Below, one piece after another: positions 49,652 to 62,959 of a stretch of 64,000 bases of DNA. The position numbers and the translations under genes are program-made. Source of the stretch: Mobula hypostoma (Eukaryota); contig NC_086107.1 of assembly GCF_963921235.1 (NCBI RefSeq), forward strand, positions 93,498,001 through 93,562,000, written 5' to 3'. How positions within the stretch are numbered: position 1 is the stretch's first letter; each line of letters begins with the position of its first letter. The notes under the pieces are model-generated. The model made no database searches. It saw only the letters and a program-made list of their open reading frames with translations, and was not told the origin of the DNA.

Positions 49652-50728
49652 TATGTCCCTCAAAAGCAGAAGTTCCCAATTTTTTTTCATACCATGGACC
49701 CCTATCATTAACAGAGGGGTCCAGTTGGGAACCCCTGCTCTAAAGTCTCTCTGCATCCTCTGCGACCACATCATGTATCATCAGCAAACACGCTCAGTAA
49801 AGGATAGTTCCTTATCCAAGTCACTGATGTAAATTGTGAGCACAGAGAGGCCTCAGCATCAGTCCCCGCAGCATCGCACTAGTCACAGTCTCCTAAACCA
49901 GAAATGTTTCTTTTTGTGGATTTCTGTCCCTTAGCCAGTTCTCAGTCCACACCAGTGCATTATTCCCAATGCTATACATTTTAGTTCTGTTTAATAGTTT
50001 CTTGTTTGGCACACACAAAACCTCCCAAACATCTGAATACAACCCATCAATTCAATCACCTGCTAGCTACAACATCAAAAATACCCTTACCGTGATTTTC
50101 ATTTGATACGTCTGGAATGGGCACTGGAACTTGGCCTTCTGAGCGATGCCCATTTGCCATAAATAAGCTGGAAGAGTTAATTTGGTTTCTGAATATTCTC
50201 AACTTGAGCTTAACAGCCTGTTGGTACAACACACACCAATTACCCCACACAAATCTCCGACTTATACAATCTTCATTACGTATTGAGACAGTGTTTACTC
50301 ATTCGCAATATTCTGATGTGCACAAGTATTTTTAATCCTTATGGTTGATGCAGGAAGCTCAGACGTGCCTCTCCATATGTTTACATTTCCTATGTGAATA
50401 GCAAGCATCAAAAGATGCGCACATTGCAATACATCCCAAGAGTTATCCCTTTACCTGCCAAGTGATTGCTGGATTTGCCTCTTTTTGCTTATATAATCAG
50501 TTATGCAGTTGTGTGGTGTTAATCCAATTGCTGCGGCAGCCTGCCATCCAAGGACGAGAGGTCCCAGTAAGTCGTGATCCTTCTAAGAATGTTGCAGCTA
50601 TGGGGAGAGAGGTATTGATTTACACCTAGCCTTTCTGTCTCAGTCAGATTTATTGCTTTTGAATCCATTTTAGTTTTTACATGAAAAGTATGAAATAATG
50701 TAGTGAATGATGGGCAGACTGGTTAGAC

Positions 50729-53644
50729 CAGTGTTTCCCAACCTCCTGTAGCCCAAAGTCCCCCTAAAGCACTTTCATATTTGCCAACACCCACCCCCCA
50801 GAGCACCTTCATGCTTGCCAACGCCCCTCTTAGACACAATATACTTTCTGGCACCCCCATAGTGTAAAAACATGTCTACCGTATGCTAGCGTGAGAAAAA
50901 TGATTCCGCTTTAAATTCTTATTTGTCTTTAAACTGAGCTTACACAGGACGCACCGATGCGCTGTACAGCCGTTTCAATATCAATGTGATCCTTAAGCTT
51001 GATGGCTTTTAGCAAGAGTTGAAATATCTGGTTCAAGTTGTGACAACAAAAGCCTTAAGTCCCCATGCGTAACAATGGCCAAGCGGTTTCTGTTTTTCTT
51101 AAGTATGTGGCTCACTGCACTGAAGCCTCTTTCAACAAGGTAGGAAGATGGAAATACAATGAAGAGCAGTTTGGCTCTTCTCCAAAGACCAAGAAACTTC
51201 ATAGCCACATATCACAAAAGCAAATATTTCTGAAAAGCATTTTTGCTTCTTCATCATTCTGAATTTTGATAACCTTTTTCTTGCAAGCTTTCTTCCTGTT
51301 CTTCCACCTTGCAAAGAAATGGGTTAATTGCCCAGTCTGGAATTTTCAAATTGTTCAAATCTTTGAATCGATTCTGAAAATCCTTCTTCAGTGACTGCAG
51401 GTGTAAGCTGTAGTCTTGCAAATCACCTTCTGTGAAAGAGAGTGCCATACTTTCCATGCAGGGAAACCATGAGAACATCATTCTCCCAATGTTTTGCTTA
51501 TATATTTCCAATTTTTGATAAAAGTTGACACTGCACTTTTTGCCTACATTAAGTTGAAATTCTCAACCTGCAGTTTCTTATGTAGAATGTTCATTTTGTC
51601 ATACAGATCAGTCAGGTACGCCACATCTCCACAAGAAGTTCAATCTTGTTTCCCAGAACTTGTAGACCTTGAGCAAAAATTGAACCACAGTGTCAAAAAG
51701 ATCAAAGAAACATTTTAAGCAGCAGCCTTTTGACAGCCAAAGCACTACAGTGTGAAGAAGCAAATGTTCAAACTCTTCATCGTTGTCTTGGCATAACTGG
51801 CGAAATATTCTGCCATTTATTGGATGAGCTTTAATTTTGTTTATAGCAGATATTACAAGAGTCATGCTTGAAAAAATACACTGGCTGAGGTTTTTGGTTG
51901 CGAGATGTTAACGATGAATTACATAATTGATTACAAACAGACTTGGAATTTCTTTTTTCATAAATGCTACTAAACCAGCGAGGCGACCTGTCATATGTGG
52001 TGCTCCATCTGTTGTAGAAGAAATCATGTTCCTAATCAGAATACTTTTATCTTCAATATACATTTTGTGCTTTTTGTAGATTGAAATTTGTTTTTAACAT
52101 TTTACCAAAGAGAATTTTTTCATAGACTTTTCCATTTTTGATAAACTGTACATATGCCATTAGCAATTCCTTGTTGTCTCACACAGTTGACTTATCCAGT
52201 TGTATCCCAAATTCTGTTTTTTGTAACTCTGTGTATAGTTGATACTCAGTGTCTTCACTCATTTCATCAATATGACAAGCTATTGAGTTATTACTCAGAG
52301 GAATTGATTTTAAAATACTGGAATCCATTTTGAGAACAGTGGTGAGCACTTCTGATACAGAAGGCATTATTACTCTTTCACCAGATGTATGAGATTTTCC
52401 ACACCTTGCTGTCATTTTGGAAATGTTATAAGAAGCAATGAGACCACTGTCAAGGTCATTTTCAGCTTTCTTAACAAATGACTCGAATGTGCAATGCTTT
52501 TCAAATGCTGCTTTCATCTTCTGGAACTGAGTAATACCATAAGTAGTCTTTTCAGGGTATCTTTTATGGAAGTGTTCCTGCAATCTGGATGGTTTCATGG
52601 CTTCATTAGACAGTACAGTATTACAAATTACACACATGGGGTGTCGCTGATCTGATAGGAATGGAATAAAACCATACTCCATGAATGTAACATTGTATTG
52701 ATGCACTTTCTGCAGTTTCTGTTTCTTAACAGGATTAGAATTCAAGACTTCACTGCCTTCAGACTCATAGAAATCACATCATACAGCTTTATCCATCATT
52801 AACGGGGCTAAATTAAAATTAAAAATTAACTCAAACTGGGAATGCCTATCAGATATTGATGACAGCAGCGAGTTGACACGAATGGAACGATGGTAGCAAC
52901 ACACAAAGGTACGGCGAGGCGAAGATGAAGGCGATCACAACAGCGAAAATTACATTGACAAGGATTCAGACTGAAATCTGAATGTTAGTCAAGATAGAGC
53001 TGGTGTTCAGCAAGCTTCCTTTATACTCTTCTGGCTAGCACAATTGACCAATCACATAAGAGTCTCATAGTCCCAAAGATGGTTCTTGACTGCATATATG
53101 AAGCCCGGGTTACTTTGAACATCTCGAAAGGAATCCTCGGGGTTAGCTGGTTCACTGAGTGGCTCTATTTTACCGTTTGGTTCTGGCCAGCGCTGTATCT
53201 GTTTGTGTGACCTGTTTTCCATAGATCTGTGGAGAAAGTTGAGAGGGTGTACTTGATTTACCAACTGTTAAATTGCATGAACTCGTTCCGTGCCGCGACT
53301 CAAGGGGAACTGTTGGGCACCATGGCGGCTAATTTATGCATCCCAATAATATCTGCTTGGTTGGTAAGGTCAGATGAGATTACCGCGTTTCAGACGCATT
53401 GTGACGAGTGCTCACCGATTGTAGAGCTATGGTTCTTCCTGTGTTCCAGTGCCTCATCCTTCTTTTTGGACGTGACTGCTCTACTAACAGTCGGTCAATT
53501 CTCGTGCCTCAAGTTAGGATGCCACTTACCGCCCCCCTCCAGGAATCGAACACACCCCTGATGACTTCTACTTCCCCTAACTCCCCCTTAGGACACATAA
53601 CCACCCCCTTGGGGGTGCGATACCACCCCCATTGGGAATCACTG
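50729..53644 (-). mobile_element. Full-length decayed hAT-Buster/Charlie DNA transposon
   Basis: TIRs cagtgtttcccaa / ttgggaatcactg; 8-bp TSD ggttagac (50721-50728) / ggttcgac (53645-53652) with central TA. Confidence 0.9.
50993..52799 (-). pseudogene. Disrupted Buster-type (ZBED5/SCAND3-like) hAT transposase
   Basis: BED finger YGFI..PMCVICNTVLSNEAMKPSRLQEH; FGIQLDKST catalytic region; LLLHTVVLWLSKG; C-terminal FPSSYLVERGFS...DLRLLLSQLEPDI; several stops and frameshifts. Confidence 0.9.
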
Positions 53645-53651
53645 GGTTCGA

Positions 53652-54330
53652 CCATAAGACAGGAGCAGAATAATGCTATTCAGCCAATTGAGTCTGCTCC
53701 ATCATTCCATTATGGCTGATTTGTTATCCCCCTCAACCCCATTCTCCTGCCTTCTCCCCATAACCTTTGATGCTCTGGCTAATTAAGAACTATCAACCTC
53801 CTCTTTAAATATACCCAATGACTTGGCTTCCACAGACGTCCATGACAATAAATTCCACACATCCACCACCCATGGCTAAAGAAATTCCATCTTATCTCTG
53901 TCCTAAAGGGATGTCCGTCTATTCTAAGGCTGTGTCCTCTGGTCCTACCCCCACTATAGCAAATATCCAATAAGACTACTCTACCAATAAGAGCTTTCCT
54001 CATTCTTCTAAACTCCAGTCAGAACAGGCCCAGAGCCACCAAATGCTCCTCACACATTAATCTTTTCATTCCCAGAATCATTCTCATGAGCCTCCAGCAC
54101 ATTCTGTCTTAGATAAAGGGCCCCAAACTGCTCACAATACTCCAAGTGCAGTCTGACTAATGCCTTATACACCTTCAGCTTTTGTATTCTAGTCCACTCA
54201 AAATTAATGCTGACATTGCATTTGCCTCCCTTACCACTGACTCATTCTGCAAGATAACATTTAGCAAATCCTGCACAAGAACTCCCAGGTACTTTGAAAC
54301 TCTGATTTCAGAATCTTCTCCCCATTTAGA
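53652..54330 (-). mobile_element. CR1 LINE 3' fragment
   Basis: Minus peptides LGVLVQD.L...ANAMSALILSGLEYKS and RTRGHSLRIDGHPFRTEIRWNFFS. Related copy at 57930-58345. Confidence 0.8.
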
Positions 54331-54369
54331 AAACGGCCCACACCTATAGAAGGATATGGATCTAATGTA

Positions 54370-54722
54370 GGCAAATTTAAAATTATGAGGGGGATAGGCT
54401 TTTTCCACTGAGAGTAGGGGAGATTCAAACAAGAGGACATGAGCTGAGAGTTAGGGGGCAAAAGTTTAGGGGTAACACGAGGGGGAACTTCTTTTCTCAG
54501 AGAGTGGTAGCTGTGTGGAACGAGCTTCCAGTAGAAGTGGTAGAGGCAGGTTCGATATTGTCATTTAAAGAAAAATTGGATAGGTGTATGGATAGGAACG
54601 GAATGGAGGGTCATGGGCTGAGTGCAGGTTGGTGGGACTAGGTAAGATTAAGCGTTCGGCACGGACTAGAAGGGCCGAGATGGCCTGTTTCCGTGCTGTA
54701 ATTGTTATATGGTTATATGGTT
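54370..54722 (+). mobile_element. Young CR1 3' end, same subfamily as 44896-45810
   Basis: Near-identical gagattcaaacaagaggacatga...gatggcctgtttccgtgctgtaattgtt and tatggtt tail. Confidence 0.85.
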
Positions 54723-56780
54723 TAAAATGTGATTAATGTAGATGGGCAAAAATGTCAGCATGGAGGTGATGGGCTGAAGGGCCTGTTTCTGTGCAGGACA
54801 ACTTCAGTCTTCACAATCAGGTGGGAGCGAGGCCAGCGGCTCCTGTCTGTATCATTCAGAGTTGTGAGTGAAATACTCCAGGACACGGTTTCTGTGTGAA
54901 TGATAAACACAATTTAGTCTGCAGATCACAAAATACTGGAGGAGCTCAGCAAGTCAGGCAGCATTTGTGAAGGTGAATAAATATCTGATGCTTTGGACTG
55001 AGACCGTTCTTCAGGACTCAGTTTGAGTGAGCTTGATGAAAGCATAGGCACAGAGTCAGCGGAGGTTACAAACTTCTCCCTCAACTTGTTGGTAAGTACC
55101 TCCACACACATAACACAGCACAGAATCTAGGCATCTGTCCAGCACGCTAAGAGGGTGCTGCTCTGTTATCAGTGAGATGATAAACAAATGGACCTACTGC
55201 CCCTAGTCAAGGTCAACTTTATTGTCGCACGGGCACAACAAAAAACTTACAGCGACATCACAGGCACAAAGCGCCAGAGACACAGCGTTCACGAGTAGCA
55301 TGAACATAAATTACGCAAAGCTAGATACGAAAAAAATGCAATCAGAACAAAAGTAAAACACACACTGTAGTGCAAGGTGTCTTAGTGTTCATCTACTTAG
55401 GTAGCGATTGGGGTTGTGCTGGTTCGCTCAAGAACCAAATGGTTAAAGGGAAGTAGCTGTTGCCTGAACTTGGTTCTGAACCTGAATAAGCAGCATTCAC
55501 AAGGGAAAAAAAACATAGACAAATTATATATCCTTTTTACATGAAAGAAAACAAGAAGACCAAATAAAGTCTGTTTTAGTGCAAAATAGTCACAGTGATC
55601 AGAGCTCTGCCAGTTGGTTCAGGAACCAGATGGTTGAAGGGAAGCAGCTGGTCCCATGGGAATTCAGGCTCAGTTCCTCCTGCCCAGTGGTAGCCGTGAG
55701 AAGATGGCATGGCCTGGATGGTGGGCCCTGATTCCTTCCTGCCTTCACATGGTCCATATCCCCCCATTCCTGATATATTCATGAGTCTGTCTGAAAGCCT
55801 CGTATGTGCCACTATCATATCTGCTTCCACCACCACCGCTGACAACCCGTTCCAGGCATCTACCACTCTCTGTGTAAAACAACTGGTCTCACGCATCTCT
55901 GTTAAACTTTCTCCCCAATTCTAAATGCATGTCCTCTGGTATTTGATGTCTCTACCCTGGGAAATACGTTCTGTCTATTCTATCTACATTTCTCATTAAC
56001 TTCATCAAATCTCCCGTCAGCCTCCAGATTAAACAAAGCCAAGTTTCTCCAACCTCTCTTTATTGTTCATTTCTTTTAAATGGAAAGGACGGGGGCAGAA
56101 GCCAGAATAACAAGGTGTGGGAGCGGTGGGGGAGGTGGAACACCAGCTGGCAGGTGATAAGTGAGACCAGGTGGGGGAGGGAATGAAGTAAGAAGTTGGG
56201 AGGTGATAGGTGGAAGGGGCTGAAGAAGAAGGTACGTGATAGGAGAAGAGAGTGGACCATGGGAGAAAAGGAAGGAGGAGGGGGCACCAGAGGGAAGGGA
56301 TGAGCAGGCGAGGAGAAGAGAAGGGGTGGGAGGGGAATCAGAATGGGGAATGGAAGGAGAGAAGGAGGAGGGTCGAGAAATTACCAGAGGTTAGCAGAAT
56401 CAAAGTTCATGCCATCAGGTTGGAGGCTACGCAGACAGAATGTAAGATTTGTCCCCATACTGTGGCCTCATCATGGCGGTAGAGGTGATTATGGACCAAC
56501 ATGTCAGAAGGGGAATGGAACATTGAATTGAAGTGGGTGGACACCAGGAGATCTTGAGGCGGATGGAGCAGAGATGCTCTGTCCCCCTCCATCTTCTTAT
56601 TCTGGACTTCTGTCTTCTTCCTTTCTGGTCCAGATGACGGGTCTCAACCGGAAATGTCAACTGTTCATACCCCTCCTTAGATGCTGCTTGACCTGCTGAG
56701 CTCCTCCAGGATTTCGTCTGTGTTGCTCAAGATTTCCAGCATCTGGAGAATCTCTTGTGTTGAAAGTTTTACGTAGCTGT

Positions 56781-57500
56781 AATCAGAATCAGAATCAGGT
56801 ATTATCACCGGCATGTGACATGAAATTTGTTAACTTAGCAGCAGCAGTTCAATGCAATACATAATCTAGCAGAGAGAGAGAGAAAAAATAATAAATAAAA
56901 TAAAACAATAATAAATAAACAAGTAAACCAATTATGTATATTGAATAGATTATTAAAAATATGCAAAAATAGAAATACTGTATATTAAAAAAAAGTGAGG
57001 TAGTGTCCAAAGCTTCAAAGTCCATTTAGTAATCGTATGGCAGAGGGGAAGAGTCTGTTCCTGAATCACTGAGTGTGTGCCTTCAGGCTTCTGTACCTTC
57101 TACCTGATGGTAACAGTGAGAAAAGGGCACACCCTGGGTGCTGGGGGTTCTTAATAATGGACGCTGCCTTTCTGAGACACTGCTTCCTGAAGATGCCCTG
57201 GGTACTTTGTAGGCTAGTGCCCAAGATGGAGCTGACTAGATTTACAACCTTCTGCAGCTTCTTTCGGTCCTGTGCAGTAGCCCCTCCATACCAGACAGTG
57301 ATGCATCCTGTCAGAATGCTCTCCACAGTACAACTATAGAAGTTTTTTAGTGTATTTGCTGACATGCCAAATCGCTTCAAACTCCTATTAAAGTATAGCT
57401 GCTGTCTTGCCTTCTTTATGTTGGGACCAGGTTAGATCCTCAGAGATCTTGACACCCAGGAACTTAAAGCTGCTCACACTCTTCACTCCTGATCCCTTTA
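56781..57500 (-). mobile_element. Rex1/Babar LINE 3' fragment
   Basis: RFGMSANTLKNFYSCTVESILTGCITVWYGG...LLPSGRRYRSLKAHTQ; aatcagaatcagaatcag tail. Confidence 0.88.
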
Positions 57501-58609
57501 TGTAACATGACAACCTTATTCTTAAACTCAGTGCCGTGACCAATGAAGGCAAGCATGCCAAATACCCAAACGTGTATTTCCTTTAGTATTTACAGTTCAC
57601 ACTGAAGAGAATCTATGCTTGTTTTATGTATGCCATTGCACTCCACAAATCCTCCTCAGTAAAACTGGTTTCTATCATTCCCTGACCCATTTTGATTATG
57701 GAGAAATGAATTAAAGTTCTTTTGCCTCAAGTGGAGCTTATTAAATTTAAAGCTTCTCTTGTTGATCTTCCGGTAATTGTTATCCTCTTTCATTTGAATC
57801 TCTGTCCAATAAATGTTAGCTTTTAATTCCATTTTCCCTTTCCTTTGCCCTCGAGAGCATTATAAATTGAGTATCAAGAGCCAAGGACTTTGCTATTTGT
57901 GTCTTGTTTGCACCTTTGTGAAGATTACCATGAGGCTTTGGAGCAGTGTTAGGGCATTCAGTCCATCTTGGCTGATTTATTTTCCTTCTCAACTCCATTC
58001 TCCTACCTTCTCCCCTATCCTTTGATGCCCTTCCAAGTCAATAACCTATCAGTCTCTAGATATACCCGATGACTTGGCCTCTGCAGTGTCTGTGGCAGTG
58101 AATCCCACAGATGCCCTTTCAATATTCGGTAGGTTCGATGAGATTCCCCCTCATTCTTCTGAACTCCAGTGAGGCATCAAACTCTCCTCATATGTTAACC
58201 CTTTCAATTAGAGTGTCATTCTCATAAACCTTCTTTCCCATGCCAGAACATCCTTTTATAGATATGGGGCTCAAAATGGCTCACAGTACTCCAAATGTGT
58301 TCTGACCAATGTCTTATAAACCCTCAGTATTACATTGTTGCTTTTATTATGTAGGAGTACATAGGATGCAATGCTTCAAGCAGACCTCAAACAATTTTCT
58401 CAAGGGAAAATTGGCTTGGATGGCTGTTGTTGCTATGCCAACACCCATATTCTGGGAATGATGATAGATCCTTGACCATGCTGAGTCTGCTAGCAAATAA
58501 GCCAGAAGCAAATGTACAATGGGAAGGACGTGGAAGCTTTAGAGAGGGTGCTGAGGACATTTGCCTGGATTCGAAAACATACAGTATCTTTTGATAGGTA
58601 GGGTGGCAG

Positions 58610-59010
58610 GCTGGAGATCCATCTCTACCAAGGGAGAGGTAAGGTGCTCCTTCCCTCCGCAAGCCTTGCGTAAGGTGTAGCACCTGCTTAACTCCCTGAT
58701 CAGAGTCATGTGAAGCCATGAGAACAGGTGGTGGATGGTTGTATGAGCAGCTGGTGCATATCACAAGTCCTGGTTATGTGACCATTGACACCAGGCAGAC
58801 AGTCTCTGAAGGGTATTGATAATGGCTGGGGATCATCCGTCTTGTAAAGACACTGTCCAGAAGGAGGCAATGGCAAACTACTTCTGTAGAAAAATTTGCC
58901 AAAAGCAATCATGGTCATGAAGACGTGATCGCCCACATCGTACGACATGGCGCATGATAATGATGTCACACAACACGGCACCTGATGATGATGATGATGA
59001 TGATGATGAT
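58610..59010 (+). mobile_element. RTE-derived non-autonomous element with (GAT)n tail
   Basis: ggaggcaatggcaaactacttctg...ttgcc resembles the RTE/Bov-A end motif; (gat)n run at 58984-59010. Confidence 0.55.
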
Positions 59011-61779
59011 GGTCTCATGAGGAAAGTTTGAGTGAGCCGGGACTTTGCTCTTTGGGTCAAAGGAGAATGAGAAGTGACTTGATACAGGTGTACATGATGA
59101 GAGTCATAGATGGAGTGGACAGCCAGAATGGAAATGGCTAATACAAGCAGCCATATTTATGCTTTTAAGATGATCAGAGGAAAGTATAGGTGGGCGATAT
59201 CAGATGTCTTTTTTTTTACACAGAGAGTGGAGAATGCATGGAACGAGCTGATCGAGGTGGTGATAGAGACAGGTACATGAGAGACATTAAAGAGACTCTT
59301 AGAAAAGCACATAGATGATAGAAAAATGGAGGGCTATGTGGGATGGAAGGGTTAGATTGATCTTGGAGTAGGTTTAACTTTTGGCACAAAATTGTGGGCC
59401 GAAGGGCCTGTACTGTGCTGCAATGTTCCATGTTCTGTATACAGGGCCATTCTTTTGAGGCTTATTTCACAATCTATAACTTGGTCAATGATATGCTCAG
59501 GATGACTTATCTAAACTTTAGCGGCCACATCTTTAGCCACCAAGTCCCCAATTGTTTTAAATCTCTATATCTCTTTATCCTTTTACAATCCTCCTGAAAG
59601 CCCCTTATTAACTCGCTGAAAAAGTTTTAAATATCTGAATCTTGGCATAAAATTATGCTTCATACCACTCCATGTTGTTATGTAAGGCAATATATAAATT
59701 GTGTTTTGCAGTTAACCCCTCCCAGGCAGCACAGACAAAATGCTGGAGGAACTCAGCAGGCCAGGACTGATAAAGGGTCCTGGCCCGAAATGTCGACTAT
59801 ACTCTTTTTCCATAGATGTTGCCCGTCCTGCTGAGCTCCTGCAGCATTTTGTGTGTGTTGTCTTGGATTTCCAGCCTCTTCAGGTTTGCTCGTGTTTGGT
59901 CCGAACCCCTCCCACCCTCACAGCAAGATTCAACCTTCATGGTGAAGATTCAAGCTTATTTTTTCACATGCATATCAAAAACACACAGTGAAATGAGTCA
60001 CTGGTGTGAGCAACTAACACATTGGGGGTGGGGGGGAGGGGGTCAACGCGATAGCGTAACACTTTAAGCACCAGCGATCTGGGTTCAATTCCCGCCACTG
60101 CCTGTGAGGAGTTTACACATCCTCCCAGTGACCGCATGGGATTCCTCCCACATTCCAAAGACGTACGGGTTAGCAGGTTAATTGGTCATATGAGTGTAAC
60201 AGGTTGGCACAGGCTGGCTGGGCAAGGAGAGCCTGTTCCCATGCTGTGTTTCCCAAGGGTGTACTGAGGGCAGTCTGCAAGTGTCGCCGGTGCTAGTGGG
60301 AGAAGGGGGCTTTAATTGACTCAATTTCTTCAACTGTTTGATTTTGTTGAAATACCTATTAATAAACCTTAGCATTCTGGGTAGTAATCACAATTCAGTT
60401 AAATTTAAAGTCAATTTTGTTGTGATGTGGAAAGTACAGTGAGGTACAGGTACAGTGAAAAAAACTGTTCGCAGCAGCATCAGAGGCACCTCGGTGCAGA
60501 CAATGTGCTGGATTTAAATTATACATAATTATACAAGACAGTGAAGAGAAAAGATGATGCAAAACAATCCTCAGTCCATGGGAGTGGACCAGCTGATCTG
60601 TGGTATTTTGTTGCTGGTTTAGTGTGAGGGTCGTGCAGGTCATTTCAAGAACCTGATGGTTTATAGGAAGGTAGCTGTTCCTAAAACTGGTGGATTTAAT
60701 TGAACACTAATTACAATCTGTCTAAAATTTACCATCTGCCAAGAGGTTGTTATTTTCCTATGTTACAGTAATTGCACTTGAAAATAATTCATTTTATGCA
60801 AAGTGGTTTGGAACACAAATTAAAGTTATTTCTCTCTTTGAATTCAATCTGTTCTGTCCTCTCCAGCATTTGTATCATTTTCCTCGTTGATTCCAATGCC
60901 CTCTCTTTCCCAAATTGTCACTCTTTACACAGTTTTTATTGTGAAGTCCTCTCTATAGACTCTACACTCTGACATTGTGAACTCTCAGTCAGTCCCATAG
61001 TTCATTATAACACTGTTACCGTGCTAACTGTAATTTCCCTTCAAGAATCCAATCACGTAAATTTATTTTGCATGTACTTAGTGTAAGAATAGAGGCCAAG
61101 TCATTGAGTATATTTAAAGTGGAGGTTGATAGTCAGGACGTCAAAGGTTATGTGGAGAGAGTGGAAGAATAGGGTTGAGAGAGATGATGTTGGCCAGGAT
61201 GGAATGACAGAGCAGACTCAATGAGCCAAATGGCCTAATACTGCTCTTATGGTCTTAGCATCTAAATAATAATTAACATTTCCACTCTGTTATGTTTATA
61301 TCTTTCCATTTTATTTCCCAGGCAAGTTGACTTCTATTTGCCTTACAGACCAGGTATATGCCTTTCGCAGTGACAGGAGCATGTTAACCTATGTTAAGAA
61401 ACAATGGTGTTTCACAGGACTTCTTTCAAAGAAAAATTGATGGCAAGTTGCTGAGGAGTTGGTAGTTGTCCATTGTGCCCAATGAAAACAGGAAACTTGT
61501 GCAGGAAAAGCCCTTGAATTGGGTCAGTTCCTGTCTCTCGACCTCAGAAATCCGGGTTCCCTGGTCACAAACTGGGGTCTTTCTTGGTTGCAGTGGATGG
61601 CCATGATGCCTTCACTCTCCAAAGAGCGTTATAGTACCGTCTTCCTAGCCATTGGATCTCACTGTAGATCTCATCCACCAGTTGGCCAGAGCTGACTTTG
61701 CGTGCTAGGACTTGCATGTCCCTTTTTCACCGGGGTCTGAGGGCACCGGCTGAGGAGATACAACACAACCAAAAACTTG

Positions 61780-62630
61780 GCTGAAAGTGTAAATCCTCAG
61801 GTGTATCCATTGAGTGCAATTTCTCCCCAGTTTTTAGATGTGATGTTGAACTTCTTCTGGCTGATTTTGATGTTATCTTTGAAGTGTTTTCTTTGACCTC
61901 CAGGGGCTCACTGACCTTCCTTCAACTGGAAGTAAAGGATCTGTTTGGTGAGATGTGAGATAGGCATCTGAATGACGTGACCTATCCATCACAGCTGGTG
62001 TTGTTTTATTGTGGTGGAGAAGTTGTTCATACTGATCCTCTCCAGTATGCTGGAGTTAGTGTGTCTGTCCTTCCAACTGATCCTCAAGATCTCTCGTAAG
62101 GATCTTTGGTAATATTATTCCATGGTTTTCAGGTGTCTACTGTAGGTGGTCCATGATTTAGCACCATACAGTAACGTAGGAAGAACAACTGCTCTATAGA
62201 CTAAAAGTTTTGTTTGGACTTGTAGGTCGCAAATCTTCAAAGAATATTTCCCTTAATCTTGCATAGGCACTACTTGCTGTGATTGAATTTTGTGCCGCTA
62301 TCTGCTTTTGAGGAGAAAGTGCTGGAGAAAGTGCTTTACATTTTCAAGGGCAATATCATCAACTTTTCTGAGGAGACACAACACAGCCAAAAGCTTAGTC
62401 GAAGCAGTAGGTGTGAATTCAACACTGTTGGCCAGCTCATTATCCAACGCATCTGTTCCAGATAAGATAAAGTTACTCTCGATTCAGGATCCAGCGTTGA
62501 GGGAAATAAGAGTTTGCACAATAATGTTAAAATAATAGTTAATTTATTCAGTGCTTGATAGAACCTAAGCAATACAGTGTGAAAGAAATACTCGCAGGCC
62601 CTGAGTCTGCTGCAGAGCATCTTCATTCCC
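61780..62630 (-). mobile_element. RTE-clade LINE ORF C-terminal remnant
   Basis: Minus peptide ...ILRISWKDRHTNSSILERI...WIGHVIQMP...KQILYFQLKEG..PGGQRKHFKDNIK. Confidence 0.75.
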
Positions 62631-62959
62631 TCTTATGTCCCCAACACCGCTCACAATGCAGTCCAATGGCAAAGCCCCTCTGTACGTTGTGAAGCGGTTG
62701 TGTTCAGCCCCAATAATACTTCTTCTAGGAGGAAGTGATACCGTGCCCTGGCAGAGTTCAGCTTAAGTTAAGCAAGACAAGCGACTTCCGCAATACAGTA
62801 AATTCAGCGTAGCATGTTTAACCATGTTCTACAATTCATATTTAGAAATGTTTCAACAAGCTCAGCTACTCCTCGCTCAATTTAGCACAGCAGCTGCTCA
62901 GAAGTTTGTCCATTGTTCAGCTTTATATATTATCCTACCATACAAATCATCATCCCCAA

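Noticed and set aside
50993..52799. Domesticated ZBED5/SCAND3-like host gene
   Set aside because: Multiple stops and frameshifts, with TIRs and TSD still present: a dead transposon copy.
61322..61353. Plus-strand small exon after tttatttcccag
   Set aside because: The acceptor is good but the donor is weak (gtatat), the peptide is unrecognised and there are no supporting neighbouring exons.
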